From a virus (lineage: Duplodnaviria > Caudoviricetes), in the IMG/VR virus record IMGVR_UViG_3300046791_000289, positions 1-63,218 of that record: a stretch of DNA of 63,218 nt; one strand, given 5' to 3'. A program made the position numbers and the translations under genes. Each line of letters opens with the position of its first letter. Position 1 is the stretch's first letter. Below the pieces are notes generated by a model. That model was not told where the DNA came from. It saw only the letters and a list, made by a program, of their open reading frames with translations, and searched no databases. Below, in pieces: positions 8,874-18,467 of the stretch.

Positions 8874-9463
8874 CGCACGTGGAGGCCACGATGTTCGCGC
8901 GGATCATCTGCGGCATGTATGCCGTGCACACCGCCAAGCTGGGCGAGCAAGGGCGCGACGATATGGCGATCGCCTACCAGCTCGCGCTCCACGACGTCGC
9001 GAACGGCGACGCGATGGCCGCGCTCCAGCGCCACGCGAAGTCATCGCGGTTCGTGCCGACGCCCGCGGAGATCCGATCGGAGATCGTGGCGATGCGCCTC
9101 GGACGCGCCCGCAAGGGGATCGAGGCCTGGGGCGACGTCGTGGAGGCCAAGCGCTCGTGCGGGCACCACGACGCCCATGGTTCGCTCACGATGATCCCGG
9201 TGCGCGAGTTCTCCACCGCGCCGACGGTCGCCGAATTCATGTTTGCGGATCCGCTCGTCCATGACGTCGTGGCCGTGCTCGGCTGGCGCGACCTCGTGGA
9301 CTCCGAGTCCGTCGCCTCCGACCGCGCGCGCTTCGCGGAGATCTACGACGAGCGCGCCGCCGACGCGCGCAAGGAGGCGACGATCGCCAGCCCGGAAGTG
9401 CTGCGCACGATCGGCGCCCCCGCCCAACCCCAGCTCGCCGCTGGACGAAAGACCAAGCCATGA
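8870..9463 (+). CDS. Helicase loader/inhibitor (G39P-like)
   Basis: AL.RH...SRFVPTPAEIR...EAW..V. ATGA overlap with the initiator. Confidence 0.7.
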   Translation: MTHVEATMFARIICGMYAVHTAKLGEQGRDDMAIAYQLALHDVANGDAMAALQRHAKSSRFVPTPAEIRSEIVAMRLGRARKGIEAWGDVVEAKRSCGHHDAHGSLTMIPVREFSTAPTVAEFMFADPLVHDVVAVLGWRDLVDSESVASDRARFAEIYDERAADARKEATIASPEVLRTIGAPAQPQLAAGRKTKP

Positions 9464-9987
9464 CCGACGACCAGACCGACCGAGCCAGCGAGTTGCTTCG
9501 GCAAATCTCGATCGGCTCCACGCTCTCCGCTGCGGCGCACGCCCACGCCGTCAAGATCTTCGCGCACGAGGGTCCTGTGTTCCTCCGCGAGGCGATCGCC
9601 GAGATCCGCACGTGGGAGCCGTTCAAGGCCGCCACGCGCAAGGTGATCGCCGATCTCCAGGCGGACCATGCCGTCATGCGCGTGGCGCTCGGCGAATCGG
9701 AGTTGCGGGCGGACCGCCTCGCCACGCGCAACGCGGAGATCGAGGCCGAACTCCAGGCGCTCCGGGCGCGCGCGGCGGCACTCGACCTCGATCTCTCCTC
9801 CTCGCGCATGACTGGGCAGGGCCTGGGGATCGAGGTCGATCGACTCAAGGCCGAGCGCGCGCGGGATCGCCTGGCGGTGCGTGCGGAGATGCAACGAGAG
9901 GCGGAACGCGAGGTCGCCTCCGAGGTCCACAAGGAGGAGCGAGCGGCGGCGGTCAACGCCCAGCGCGGCAAGGACGGCGGCCAGTGA
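9460..9987 (+). CDS. Coiled-coil hypothetical protein
   Basis: ATGA overlap. Heptad-rich. Confidence 0.65.
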   Translation: MTDDQTDRASELLRQISIGSTLSAAAHAHAVKIFAHEGPVFLREAIAEIRTWEPFKAATRKVIADLQADHAVMRVALGESELRADRLATRNAEIEAELQALRARAAALDLDLSSSRMTGQGLGIEVDRLKAERARDRLAVRAEMQREAEREVASEVHKEERAAAVNAQRGKDGGQ

Positions 9988-10292
9988 CCGACGCCCAACG
10001 CAAGGCCGCACGCACCATCGTCGAGGCATGCCGCGGATCCAAGCATGAGCACTCGGCGCCGGTCACCGCTCTCCGGCTCGCCCTCGACGAGATCGATCTA
10101 CTGAACGATCTATCGGCGGTGGTCGTGATGCGAATCGTTCGCCTCGAACTCGAAAAGGCCGGCGTCGATCCGGCATCACAGCCGACGTCAGCGATCACGT
10201 CGCTCTGTAGGGCGGCGCTGACTGACGCCCTCGAGCGCGCCCAGGCGCTCGCCACGTTCCGCGCGTCGCCGCCGCACAAGGCGGAAAACTGA
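9984..10292 (+). CDS. Hypothetical protein
   Basis: GTGA and TGATG overlaps with neighbours. Confidence 0.6.
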   Translation: MTDAQRKAARTIVEACRGSKHEHSAPVTALRLALDEIDLLNDLSAVVVMRIVRLELEKAGVDPASQPTSAITSLCRAALTDALERAQALATFRASPPHKAEN

Positions 10293-11005
10293 TGTCCTCG
10301 CTCCGCAAGAGCGCACGCACGGCCGTGATCGACGTCGGCGGCGATGGGCCGATGGTGCTCTCGCTCCCCGATGCGCTCGCCGAGATCGCGCGCCTCAACG
10401 CGATCGTCGAGCGCAAGTCGGCGCGGGAGTCGGCGATCGCCGCGCTCACGAGCGAGGACACCGACGAGTGGTGCACGCCGGCCTGGATCTGCGCGCTGGC
10501 GCGCCAGCTCTCGCTCACCGGCCGGATCGGGCTCGACCCATGTTGGAACCCGCGCTCGCTCACAGAGCCGGGCCGATGGCTCACCGAGCGTGAGGACGGC
10601 CTGTCCCGATCGTGGCGCGACATCGTGCATGGCTGGGCCGTTATCGATGCGCCAGGCGATGGCCTCGACGTGACCGGAGGCCTCACCTACGTGAACCCGC
10701 CCTACTCGGCGATGGCCGCATGGGTGGCCAAGATCCGGCGCGAGGCCGCCGCCCCGCTCGAGATCCTGTCGCTCGTGAAGGTCGCGACGGACACGCGGTG
10801 GTGGTCGTCGCTCGTGTGGCGCTCGGCGAGCGCGGTGGCGTTCTTGTACAAGCGCCTCGCGCACGCGCGGAACGACGGCACCGGCGGGCCCTCCGTCGAG
10901 GTGAAGGGGAGCACGTTCGCGAGCGCGCTCGTGTACCACGGCTTTCGCGCGGACCGGTTTCGCGAGCTGGTCGCGCCGCACGGCGCGGTGGTCGTGCTGC
11001 GATGA
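10292..11005 (+). CDS. Phage DNA N6-adenine methyltransferase (T1-Dam-like family)
   Basis: DEWCTP, LDPC, DGL..SW, catalytic YVNPPYS, T.T.WW. Confidence 0.85.
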   Translation: MSSLRKSARTAVIDVGGDGPMVLSLPDALAEIARLNAIVERKSARESAIAALTSEDTDEWCTPAWICALARQLSLTGRIGLDPCWNPRSLTEPGRWLTEREDGLSRSWRDIVHGWAVIDAPGDGLDVTGGLTYVNPPYSAMAAWVAKIRREAAAPLEILSLVKVATDTRWWSSLVWRSASAVAFLYKRLAHARNDGTGGPSVEVKGSTFASALVYHGFRADRFRELVAPHGAVVVLR

Positions 11006-11349
11006 GTGTCATTGCACCGCCGCGTCCGATCCGTGCCGTCGTCGAGATCATGTGCGCTGACTGTCCGTTTCACACGGACGGCGGCATCGCGGCGAACCAT
11101 CCCGAGTTGCCGGCGATTATCGAATCGGCCGAGCGCGGCAATCCGTTCATGTGCCACGAGACAGCGCTGAAGGATGCCAGGACGAGGCTCACGTCCGCTG
11201 GCGATCCAGACGGCATCCAGCCCCACATGAAGCTTTGCCGCGGCGCCCGCGTGCGCCAACTCGCGGCCTGGCGCGAGCGCGTCATCGCATCGGGTCACAC
11301 GCCAGGACCCAGCCCCCGATACACCGTTCCGAGCGAGGAGGAGTCATGA
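11002..11349 (+). CDS. Cys/His zinc-binding protein (DUF6283-like)
   Basis: CADCPF...FMCHET...LCRGA. Confidence 0.55.
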   Translation: MSVIAPPRPIRAVVEIMCADCPFHTDGGIAANHPELPAIIESAERGNPFMCHETALKDARTRLTSAGDPDGIQPHMKLCRGARVRQLAAWRERVIASGHTPGPSPRYTVPSEEES

Positions 11350-11861
11350 TCGATCCGGCGCTCGACACCGACGCGGCCCAGCCCGCGCCGACGCCAGCCG
11401 CGGAGGCCCAGGTCGACGGCCTCGCCGCGATGGGCTTCGACGTCGATGAGCCGGATATGATGGTCCCGTGCATGTACTGCAAGATCCCCACGGCGATCGT
11501 CGGCGGCTGTATCGCGATGATCCGGTCGTGGAACCGCAAGGAGGCGCGCAAGGTGGGCGAGTTGGGCGATCTCGGCATCCGGTACAAGCCCGACCTCATC
11601 CGTCTGTCCGAGGTGATCCCGTGCGATGCCTGCATCCCGCGCAAGCGCGCGGAGATCGCGGGCGCCACGCTCGACACCAGCTACAAGGCGCGGCTCCTGC
11701 TCAATCAGATCCGCGCGGGGAGCGGGCTCGAGCCCGACGAGGACGCCGTGGCCTGGCTCGTCGAGAACGGCTACAAGTCCTCGCTGGAGGCCGCGCGGCT
11801 CTCGCGCAAGGCGATCCGCCTCGCGCCGACGCTGCACCATTCCGATCGGGGTGACCGATGA
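11346..11861 (+). CDS. Hypothetical zinc-finger protein
   Basis: GAGGAG RBS. CMYC and CDAC pairs. Confidence 0.65.
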   Translation: MIDPALDTDAAQPAPTPAAEAQVDGLAAMGFDVDEPDMMVPCMYCKIPTAIVGGCIAMIRSWNRKEARKVGELGDLGIRYKPDLIRLSEVIPCDACIPRKRAEIAGATLDTSYKARLLLNQIRAGSGLEPDEDAVAWLVENGYKSSLEAARLSRKAIRLAPTLHHSDRGDR

Positions 11862-12634
11862 TCGTGCTAGAGCCTGGCCAACGTGTGGTCTCTCAGTTCT
11901 CATGCGGAGCTGCTTCCGCCTGCGCAACCAAAATCGCGATCGAGCGCTATGGCGATGCCGTCCATGTACTGAATGCGTTCCTGGCGTCCGAGGACGCCGA
12001 TAATCGGCGATTCCTCGCCGACTGCGAACGGTGGTTTGGTCGATCCTCGGTAGTCGTGCGCGATCAGAAGTACGGAGCATCCGCGATCAATGTCCTCCGC
12101 AAGCGCCGCTTCATCGTCAACCGCAATGGCGCCCCATGCTCAAAGGCCCTCAAGCGCGATGTCCTAGCTGCGTACAACCTCCCCACTGACCTCCTCGTGA
12201 TCGGGTTCACCTCCGATCCCAGGGACGAGGATCGGCTGGGCCGGTACATCGACGCAAATCCAGGCGTCCATGTGTGGGCGCCGCTCATCGAGGCCGGTCT
12301 CTCTAAGCGCGATTGCTATGCGCATCTCACGGCGGCCGGGATCGAGTTGCCGCGGATGTACCGACTCGGATACCGCAACGCGAATTGCCCTGGATGCCCC
12401 AAGGGCGGCATGGGGTACTGGAATCGCATCCGTATAGACTTTCCAGGTGTGTTCGAGGACATGGCATCGCTCCAAGATGAATTGGGGCCAGGATCGTATT
12501 TCTTCCGCGACCGTGCGACCGGAGAACGGATCTCCCTACGTATGCTTCCGTCGGATGCCGGTCGCTTCGATGAAGAGAAGCCGTTTGAGTGCGGTGCGGT
12601 CTGCGAATGGCCCGAGGGCGAGGTATCGCCATGA
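11858..12634 (+). CDS. PP-loop / PAPS-reductase-like adenine nucleotide alpha-hydrolase
   Basis: FSCGAASA PP-loop variant, GAPCSKALKR, MY.LGY.NANC.GC.KGGMGYWN. Confidence 0.75.
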   Translation: MIVLEPGQRVVSQFSCGAASACATKIAIERYGDAVHVLNAFLASEDADNRRFLADCERWFGRSSVVVRDQKYGASAINVLRKRRFIVNRNGAPCSKALKRDVLAAYNLPTDLLVIGFTSDPRDEDRLGRYIDANPGVHVWAPLIEAGLSKRDCYAHLTAAGIELPRMYRLGYRNANCPGCPKGGMGYWNRIRIDFPGVFEDMASLQDELGPGSYFFRDRATGERISLRMLPSDAGRFDEEKPFECGAVCEWPEGEVSP

Positions 12635-13095
12635 TCGTCGTCGTCAAGGGCCAGAAGCCGGTGGCGTTCGGGTCGTTCATCGTGCGGCTCGCCAAGGCGA
12701 CGGCGAAGGCCCCGCGGCCGCGCGCGTTCGTGGTGCCGGCGAACGATGCCGAGTTGCGGAAGTGGCAGCGCGCCGTGCGCCGCGCCGCCGAGCTGGCGCG
12801 CGCGGCGGCGAACGAACGCCCGATCGACGGCCCGTGTGTGGCGCGGATGCGCTTCATGATCCCGCGTCCGCCGCACCATTTCGAGGGCGGGATCCGCCTC
12901 CATGACAAGCCGCATTGGCCCGTGCTCCAGCGCCGTGACGACGTCGACAAGTTCGTGCGCGCCGTCCTCGACGCGATCACCGGCCCGATCGTCGACGACG
13001 ACGCGCGGATCGTGCGCATCGTCGCCGAAAAGGTCTACGTCGACGACGTAGCGGAGGCGGGCGTCTCTCTCGACGTGCACCGGGTGACCTCGTGA
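12631..13095 (+). CDS. rusA: RusA-family Holliday junction resolvase
   Basis: DDVDKFVRAVLDAITG..VDDDARIV...K.Y. Confidence 0.85.
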   Translation: MIVVVKGQKPVAFGSFIVRLAKATAKAPRPRAFVVPANDAELRKWQRAVRRAAELARAAANERPIDGPCVARMRFMIPRPPHHFEGGIRLHDKPHWPVLQRRDDVDKFVRAVLDAITGPIVDDDARIVRIVAEKVYVDDVAEAGVSLDVHRVTS

Positions 13096-13283
13096 CCGCC
13101 CTCGATCGCTGGCGTGAGTTCGTTCTGGCGGTTCGCGCTCGGTTCTGTCATCGCACGCCGACGTGGAACGGGAGGCCTTGCACGCCCGGGTCCGTGCTCT
13201 GTGCGAGCGCACAGGCTGGAGAGCCGTACGTTTTCACGTGCTGGAGTTGCGATGGCGCTCTCACAACTGGCGGGCCGACGTGA
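13092..13283 (+). CDS. Small Cys-rich hypothetical protein
   Basis: GTGA overlaps at both ends. CWSC. Confidence 0.55.
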   Translation: MTALDRWREFVLAVRARFCHRTPTWNGRPCTPGSVLCASAQAGEPYVFTCWSCDGALTTGGPT

Positions 13284-13720
13284 CCCGCCTCGTGTTCGCC
13301 ACGCTGATCGAGTACTCGCCCCAGGCCAGGCCCGGCGAGGGCCTCTATCGGCTCCGCGTGCAGGCGGAGGATCGTCACGTCGAGGTGCGCGCGCTCCCGA
13401 TCGGCGACACGCCCGGCGAGCCGTGGATCGTGGCGTGCGCGGACACCGTGCTCCAACGCCGGATCGGCGCGTGCGGCGCCACCGTCGCGCACGCGCTCGC
13501 CGAGATCGAGGACGCGATCGCGCTCTGGCGTGCCGGGCGCATGCCGCGGATCGCGGTCACCGGCGACTCGCGCGATCCGCCACCGCCCACCGAACTCCGC
13601 CCGCTCGAGGCCTGGCCCGCGAGCGTACCGACTCCAGTCTCCGCCGCGCCGGCATCCCGCCACGCGCGACTCGTACTCGACGCGGCGCAAGCACGCCGCG
13701 GAAAGGTTCCGACGACATGA
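13280..13720 (+). CDS. Hypothetical protein (HicB-like segment)
   Basis: 4-nt overlaps. GACGATVAHALAEIEDAIALW resembles the HicB N-terminal motif. Confidence 0.55.
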   Translation: MTRLVFATLIEYSPQARPGEGLYRLRVQAEDRHVEVRALPIGDTPGEPWIVACADTVLQRRIGACGATVAHALAEIEDAIALWRAGRMPRIAVTGDSRDPPPPTELRPLEAWPASVPTPVSAAPASRHARLVLDAAQARRGKVPTT

Positions 13721-14541
13721 GCGACGCACAGACCAACATCCCGATCGACGACAACACCCCCCCTAAGGTGGTTTACAAGACCATCACGCGCGAGCTGGCG
13801 GTCGTGCTCTCCTCGAAGGAGATCAACGTGGTTGCGCGCGAGGTGGGGCGCAAGACCACGCTCCTCCGCTCGATGCAGGATGCCAAGAAGGCCGAGGGCA
13901 TCCGGCGCAAGGCGGAGATCGACGAGGTGGACTCCGACATCAAGCGCATGTGCACCGTGCTGGAGAGCGGCAAGGAACTCCGCCCCGTCGAGTGCCGCGA
14001 GTTTTTCGAGAGCGGCTCGATGGTCGTCATGCGCGTGGACACCGCGGAGCGGATCTCGATCCGCCCGGCGTCGATGCAGGATCGCCAGATCGCGTTTGGC
14101 GGGCTCGGCGGCGAGAGCGCCGACACCTCGCACGCGCCGGACGATGACTCGATGGGCGACCTCGCGGCCGCCTCGCGCAACGCGGCGGGCGACGGCGCGA
14201 CCGCCGACGAGCCCGCGGAGTCCGACGGCACCGGCATCGTGCGCGACGACACCGGCGAGCGCGTGGGCGCGGTCGTGTCGTCGTCGGTCGGCGCGGGCGT
14301 CTTTGTTGGAGATGGTAGCGAGGATGGCGAACTCGCACCGGGCCAGCGTGACCCGGAGGATCAGGGCGAGTCCGTGATCGAGTACGACGACGGCCCGCCC
14401 GAGGATCGCGGCGTCGCGATCGCGACGATCGGCGAGGCTGTCGCCGCCAAGGAGGCCAGCAAGCGCAAGGCGGGCAAGCCCAAGGCGAAGGCCGCCAAGC
14501 CCGCGCCCAAGGCCAAGCCGGCCAAGGCGAAGCGCCGGTGA
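13717..14541 (+). CDS. Hypothetical protein with acidic linker and Lys/Ala/Pro histone-like tail
   Basis: Coiled coil then R.VEC...R.DT.E...R. Ends KAGKPKAKAAKPAPKAKPAKAKRR. Confidence 0.75.
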   Translation: MSDAQTNIPIDDNTPPKVVYKTITRELAVVLSSKEINVVAREVGRKTTLLRSMQDAKKAEGIRRKAEIDEVDSDIKRMCTVLESGKELRPVECREFFESGSMVVMRVDTAERISIRPASMQDRQIAFGGLGGESADTSHAPDDDSMGDLAAASRNAAGDGATADEPAESDGTGIVRDDTGERVGAVVSSSVGAGVFVGDGSEDGELAPGQRDPEDQGESVIEYDDGPPEDRGVAIATIGEAVAAKEASKRKAGKPKAKAAKPAPKAKPAKAKRR

Positions 14542-14930
14542 GCCCGCGCGCGCCGTCGCCGGTCGGGTTCCGTGAGGTGGTGATCGTCGCGCTCGCCAGC
14601 GCGATCGGGATCGTCGTCGCGATAGGGCTCCATGAGGAGCGGATCGCGCGGGAGGATCGTGATCACATGACCGAGGTGCGCCAGCTCCTGGCCGCGAGCG
14701 AGGCGCGCACCGCGCTCGCGCTCGCGCTGGCCGCGGCGCACGCCCGGCCTCACGCGGACCCGCCGGCGATCGGCGCGCTGATCGATCGCACGGAGTACCT
14801 CCGCGCGATCATGGCGGCGACGTGCAAGCCCGACGGCTACGGCTGGCGGGTGGCGCTTCCGGCGCCGCCGCCCGGCTGGCCCGCGATCCCGCCACCGGAT
14901 CGCACGGGCGCCTGGGCGTCGCCGCCCTGA
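14538..14930 (+). CDS. Membrane-anchored hypothetical protein
   Basis: N-terminal hydrophobic helix. GTGA overlap. Confidence 0.6.
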   Translation: MSPRAPSPVGFREVVIVALASAIGIVVAIGLHEERIAREDRDHMTEVRQLLAASEARTALALALAAAHARPHADPPAIGALIDRTEYLRAIMAATCKPDGYGWRVALPAPPPGWPAIPPPDRTGAWASPP

Positions 14931-14964
14931 TCGCACGACATCTAACCAACCCGAGGGGTCCCAC

Positions 14965-15711
14965 ATGCAAGCCAGCACCGATCGCGCGCCGCCGCGCGCA
15001 TCCATCCCGATCAATCTCACCGCCCGCGAGGCCTTCGCGATCGGCCAGCATTGCAAGGTCAGCCCGACGACGATCGAGGGCCAGCCCGCGGCCGCGCTCC
15101 TCGTCGCGTTCGCGCCGACGCCGCTGGACTCCGAGCCGGCGCCGCTCCTCCCCATCGTGGGGCCGCTGGGCTCGCGCGTGCTCGCGCTGTCATCGCTCCC
15201 GATCGAGATCTACCTCCGCCGGTTCGCGCGGGTCTGGCTCCAGGATCCGCGCTCGGTCGCGCCAGCCTGCGACGATCCGATCATCGCGGCATCCTGGTAC
15301 GCGGCCGGGCTCCTCCAGACCTGGAAAGGACACCCGATCGTCCTGATCGGTGAGTTCGTGCGGCGCGCGTTCGCGCTCGCGCTCGAGGGCGTGGGGCTGG
15401 CGAGCGAGGCCGCATCCGTGCGGCACATGCCCGACCGCAGCACGATCGGCGGGCGGGTTCCCCTCGTGCCGTCGCTCTCCTGGATCGAGAACACGAACGC
15501 GGCCAGCCTCCGCACGCGCGCACAGAACGACGTGCGCGCGATCCTGCGCGGCGCCGCGACGATCGACACGCCCCCGTGTCCGACGTGCCAGAGCACGATC
15601 GGCGAGGTCGAGCCGGTCACGGCGATGACGTGCCTCTCGTGCCGCTCCTACCTCCGCCGCCAGACCGACATCGTGACCGGCGCGCCCGGGGGCTGGGTCG
15701 TGATCCGATGA
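14965..15711 (+). CDS. Hypothetical protein, possibly degenerate UDG-fold, with C-terminal zinc ribbon
   Basis: GAGG RBS. PIVLIG..V.RAF segment, CPTC...CLSC. Confidence 0.5.
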   Translation: MQASTDRAPPRASIPINLTAREAFAIGQHCKVSPTTIEGQPAAALLVAFAPTPLDSEPAPLLPIVGPLGSRVLALSSLPIEIYLRRFARVWLQDPRSVAPACDDPIIAASWYAAGLLQTWKGHPIVLIGEFVRRAFALALEGVGLASEAASVRHMPDRSTIGGRVPLVPSLSWIENTNAASLRTRAQNDVRAILRGAATIDTPPCPTCQSTIGEVEPVTAMTCLSCRSYLRRQTDIVTGAPGGWVVIR

Positions 15712-16280
15712 GCTACACCGACGGCCTCCACCGGATCAGCACGCACAACGGCCTGGAGGCGTGCGACCGGGCCGAGTTCTCCGCGTGCGGGCACTACCGC
15801 TACACCCTCGATCGGATCGTCGAGGTCGGCGAGCGGCGGCCCGAGCGCGTCACGTTCGTGATGCTCAACCCGTCGACGGCCGACGCGACCTCGAACGACG
15901 CCACGCTCCGCCGGTGCCTCGCGTTCGCCGCGCGCTGGGGCATGGGCGCGCTCCGGGTCGTGAACGCCTACGCCTGGCGCTCGACCGATCCGATCGCGAT
16001 GGCCGCGGCTCGGACGCGCGGCGTCGACGTGATCGGCCCGCTCAACGATGAGCGCATCGCCGAGAGCGTGACGCCCGAGCTGGCCGCGCGCGTGATCGTC
16101 GCCTGGGGCGCCCACTGCGAGCCCGCGCGCGCCCAGGCGATCTACGCAGCGATCAAGCGCACCCGCGGTGCGGAGCCGCTCGCGCTCATCGTGACCAGCG
16201 CAGGCGCGCCCGGCCATCCGCTCCGCCTCGCCGGCGATCGCGTACCCCAGCCCTGGCGGCCGCCCGGAGCACAGTCGTGA
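15708..16280 (+). CDS. DUF1643 family protein
   Basis: AEFSACGHYRYTLDR, FVMLNPSTADA..ND.TLRRC, VNAYA.R.TDP, VAWG, P.HPL. Confidence 0.9.
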   Translation: MSYTDGLHRISTHNGLEACDRAEFSACGHYRYTLDRIVEVGERRPERVTFVMLNPSTADATSNDATLRRCLAFAARWGMGALRVVNAYAWRSTDPIAMAAARTRGVDVIGPLNDERIAESVTPELAARVIVAWGAHCEPARAQAIYAAIKRTRGAEPLALIVTSAGAPGHPLRLAGDRVPQPWRPPGAQS

Positions 16281-16459
16281 TCGCGATCCGGGTCATGGTC
16301 GACGGCGAGCCGCTGATCCTCACCGTGGAGGACGGCGCCGCCGAGATCCGCCGCGAGCGCGCGCCACGCCACACCCGCACGACCTCGACGAACGTACCGA
16401 TCATGCTCAACGGCGTCTCGTCGTCGGTCTCCGTCGCGGTCGAGGTGATCGACCTGTGA
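16277..16459 (+). CDS. Small hypothetical protein
   Basis: GTGA overlaps at both ends. Confidence 0.55.
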   Translation: MIAIRVMVDGEPLILTVEDGAAEIRRERAPRHTRTTSTNVPIMLNGVSSSVSVAVEVIDL

Positions 16460-16815
16460 GGCGCTCCTGGCTCAAGCGCCGCCGGGCCACCGCCCGCCGA
16501 TCGTCGGCGGTGAAGGATCCCGTGTTCCTCGCGTGGGTGCGCACGCGGCCGTGCGTGGCGGCCTACCTGGGCCGATGCCGCGGCGCGATCCAGGCCCATC
16601 ACGCGGGCGCGCGCGGCCTCGGGCAGAAGTGCCGCGACGACGAATCGATCCCGCTCTGCGACGGCCACCACGACCTCTTCCACGACGGCCCGGTGAGCGA
16701 CTGGCCCGCGTGCTGGGCGACGCGCGAGGAGCGGCGCGACTGGATCCGCATGACGATCAGCCTCACGCAAGCCGCGTTCGCCGCGCGCCGCGTCGATCTC
16801 GTGGTGGAGTTCTAA
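16456..16815 (+). CDS. DUF968/Ref-like HNH zinc nuclease
   Basis: FLAWVRTRPCV...AHH...G.GQK..DD..IPLC..HH...H. Confidence 0.75.
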   Translation: MRRSWLKRRRATARRSSAVKDPVFLAWVRTRPCVAAYLGRCRGAIQAHHAGARGLGQKCRDDESIPLCDGHHDLFHDGPVSDWPACWATREERRDWIRMTISLTQAAFAARRVDLVVEF

Positions 16816-16816
16816 G

Positions 16817-17452
16817 GTGCGCGCCGTCAACGCCCGGGCCGACGTGAAGCGCGCGGCGTGGCTCCGCGGCCGCAAGGCCGGTGGCCATCCGCTCTCGACC
16901 GCGCAGGCGGAGTGGCTGGCCGGCTACCGCTCGCGCAAGAACCCGGGCCCGCCGACGGCGGCGATCGCCGAGCTGATCGCGGCCGTCACCGTGGTGGCCG
17001 ACTGCGATCCGGCGGACCTCCGCGCCGGCGATCGCCGTCAACCGGTCTGGCGCGATGACGCCCGGCGCCTGTTCATGCTCGCCGCCCGGCGGGCCGGGCA
17101 CATGCTCCGCGCGATCGCCGCCGTGACCGGCCAGCCCTACTTCGCCGCCGCGCTCTCCACGCGGCGCGCCGAGATCGCCGCGGAGGCCGGCAAGCCGATC
17201 GCCGCGCGCTACGACGCCGTGATCGCCCAGGTCGAGCGCGCCCGGCGCGGCGAGGTCGTCGCGATCGCCCCCGCCGTGCACAAGCGCACCTTGCGGCGCG
17301 CGCCCGCCGCCGGTGTGGGCGAGACGATCACCGTCAAGGTGCGCGTCGGATCGGCGGCATGGTGCTACCTCGATCGCCTCTCAGAGTTCGCCGAGTTGTC
17401 CGAAACCGCGAGCGTGCGCAAGGCCGCTCGTCCGCTCTCCAACGTCGAATAG
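16817..17452 (+). CDS. DNA-binding protein with DnaA C-terminal-like HTH
   Basis: IAAV......ADL....R......ARRLFML.ARRAG..LRAIA...G resembles DnaA domain IV. Confidence 0.5.
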   Translation: MRAVNARADVKRAAWLRGRKAGGHPLSTAQAEWLAGYRSRKNPGPPTAAIAELIAAVTVVADCDPADLRAGDRRQPVWRDDARRLFMLAARRAGHMLRAIAAVTGQPYFAAALSTRRAEIAAEAGKPIAARYDAVIAQVERARRGEVVAIAPAVHKRTLRRAPAAGVGETITVKVRVGSAAWCYLDRLSEFAELSETASVRKAARPLSNVE

Positions 17453-17463
17453 GAGCCACCGAC

Positions 17464-17892
17464 ATGATGCAATTCATCCTGATCCCCTCGAGCCTCTCCC
17501 ATGCCGCCGCCCAGCAACTGGACGCGCTCATGGGCGCCTTTCCCCTGATCGACGTGCGCCCCGCGGAGGGTACCGAGCCCGAGGCGTTCATGTTCGAGGT
17601 GGGCGTGGTGACCTACTCCTACGCCGTCGAGAACCCGGAGCGGGTCTCGTTCCGGCCGGTGCTCTCCGATGGGCTCGTGCTCGCGATCGGGCCCACCGCA
17701 CACTCCCCCTATCCCGCCGTCGGCGATCACGTCGCGTTCGCCGCGGGCCTCGCCGCCAAGGTGCTGGCCCGCGAGATGTCGTCGAACCTCGTCCGCTACC
17801 TCGCGACGGCGCCGCGCGCCACGCTCGCCGAGATCCGCCGCGTCATGGATCGCCGGATCCTGGTCTCCGATCGCCGGATCGTGCCGGCGTGA
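17464..17892 (+). CDS. Hypothetical protein
   Basis: AGGAG RBS. GC3-rich frame. Confidence 0.65.
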   Translation: MMQFILIPSSLSHAAAQQLDALMGAFPLIDVRPAEGTEPEAFMFEVGVVTYSYAVENPERVSFRPVLSDGLVLAIGPTAHSPYPAVGDHVAFAAGLAAKVLAREMSSNLVRYLATAPRATLAEIRRVMDRRILVSDRRIVPA

Positions 17893-18467
17893 GGGTCTAC
17901 GTCGCCGCCAGCTCGCGCGAGTTGTCGCTCGCCGCCGAGTTGATGACCGCGCTCGAGACCCGCGCGGAGCGGGACTTCGCGCCCGGCTCGCGAATCGAGA
18001 TCGCCTCGACGTGGCCCGAGACGATCCGATCGGTCGGCGTCGCCAACCCGACCGACGTCGCGCCGTCGGCCCGGCGCGCCTGGGCGCGCCGCCAGTGCGA
18101 CGAGGTGCGGAGCGCGGATCTGTTCTGGCTCCTCTACCCCGCCCCGCCGATCACGGGCTGGGCGGATGCGGTCACGCCGATCCGTGGCGCGGCGCCGGTG
18201 TCGTTCGGGGCCGCGTTCGAGTTCGCGCTCGCGAACGCGCATGGGATCCCGTCGGTGGTCTCGGGCCTCGCCCAGCGGCAAACGATCTTCACCGCGATGG
18301 CCACCCACGCGCTCGATGATCATGAGGCCGCGCTCGACTGGATCCTCGCGATCGCGCTCCCCACGTGGAACCGCGCACGCCGGATCGCGATCGGGTCCGC
18401 GCCCGTGTTTCGCACGCGGATCGAGGCGCTCACCGCCGCCGCGAACGATCGCCCGGTGCGCGAATGA
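17889..18467 (+). CDS. Nucleoside 2-deoxyribosyltransferase / N-glycosidase-like protein
   Basis: VYVAAS...STW...EV.SAD....L...S.GA.FE..LA...G.P..V.G. Confidence 0.7.
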   Translation: MRVYVAASSRELSLAAELMTALETRAERDFAPGSRIEIASTWPETIRSVGVANPTDVAPSARRAWARRQCDEVRSADLFWLLYPAPPITGWADAVTPIRGAAPVSFGAAFEFALANAHGIPSVVSGLAQRQTIFTAMATHALDDHEAALDWILAIALPTWNRARRIAIGSAPVFRTRIEALTAAANDRPVRE

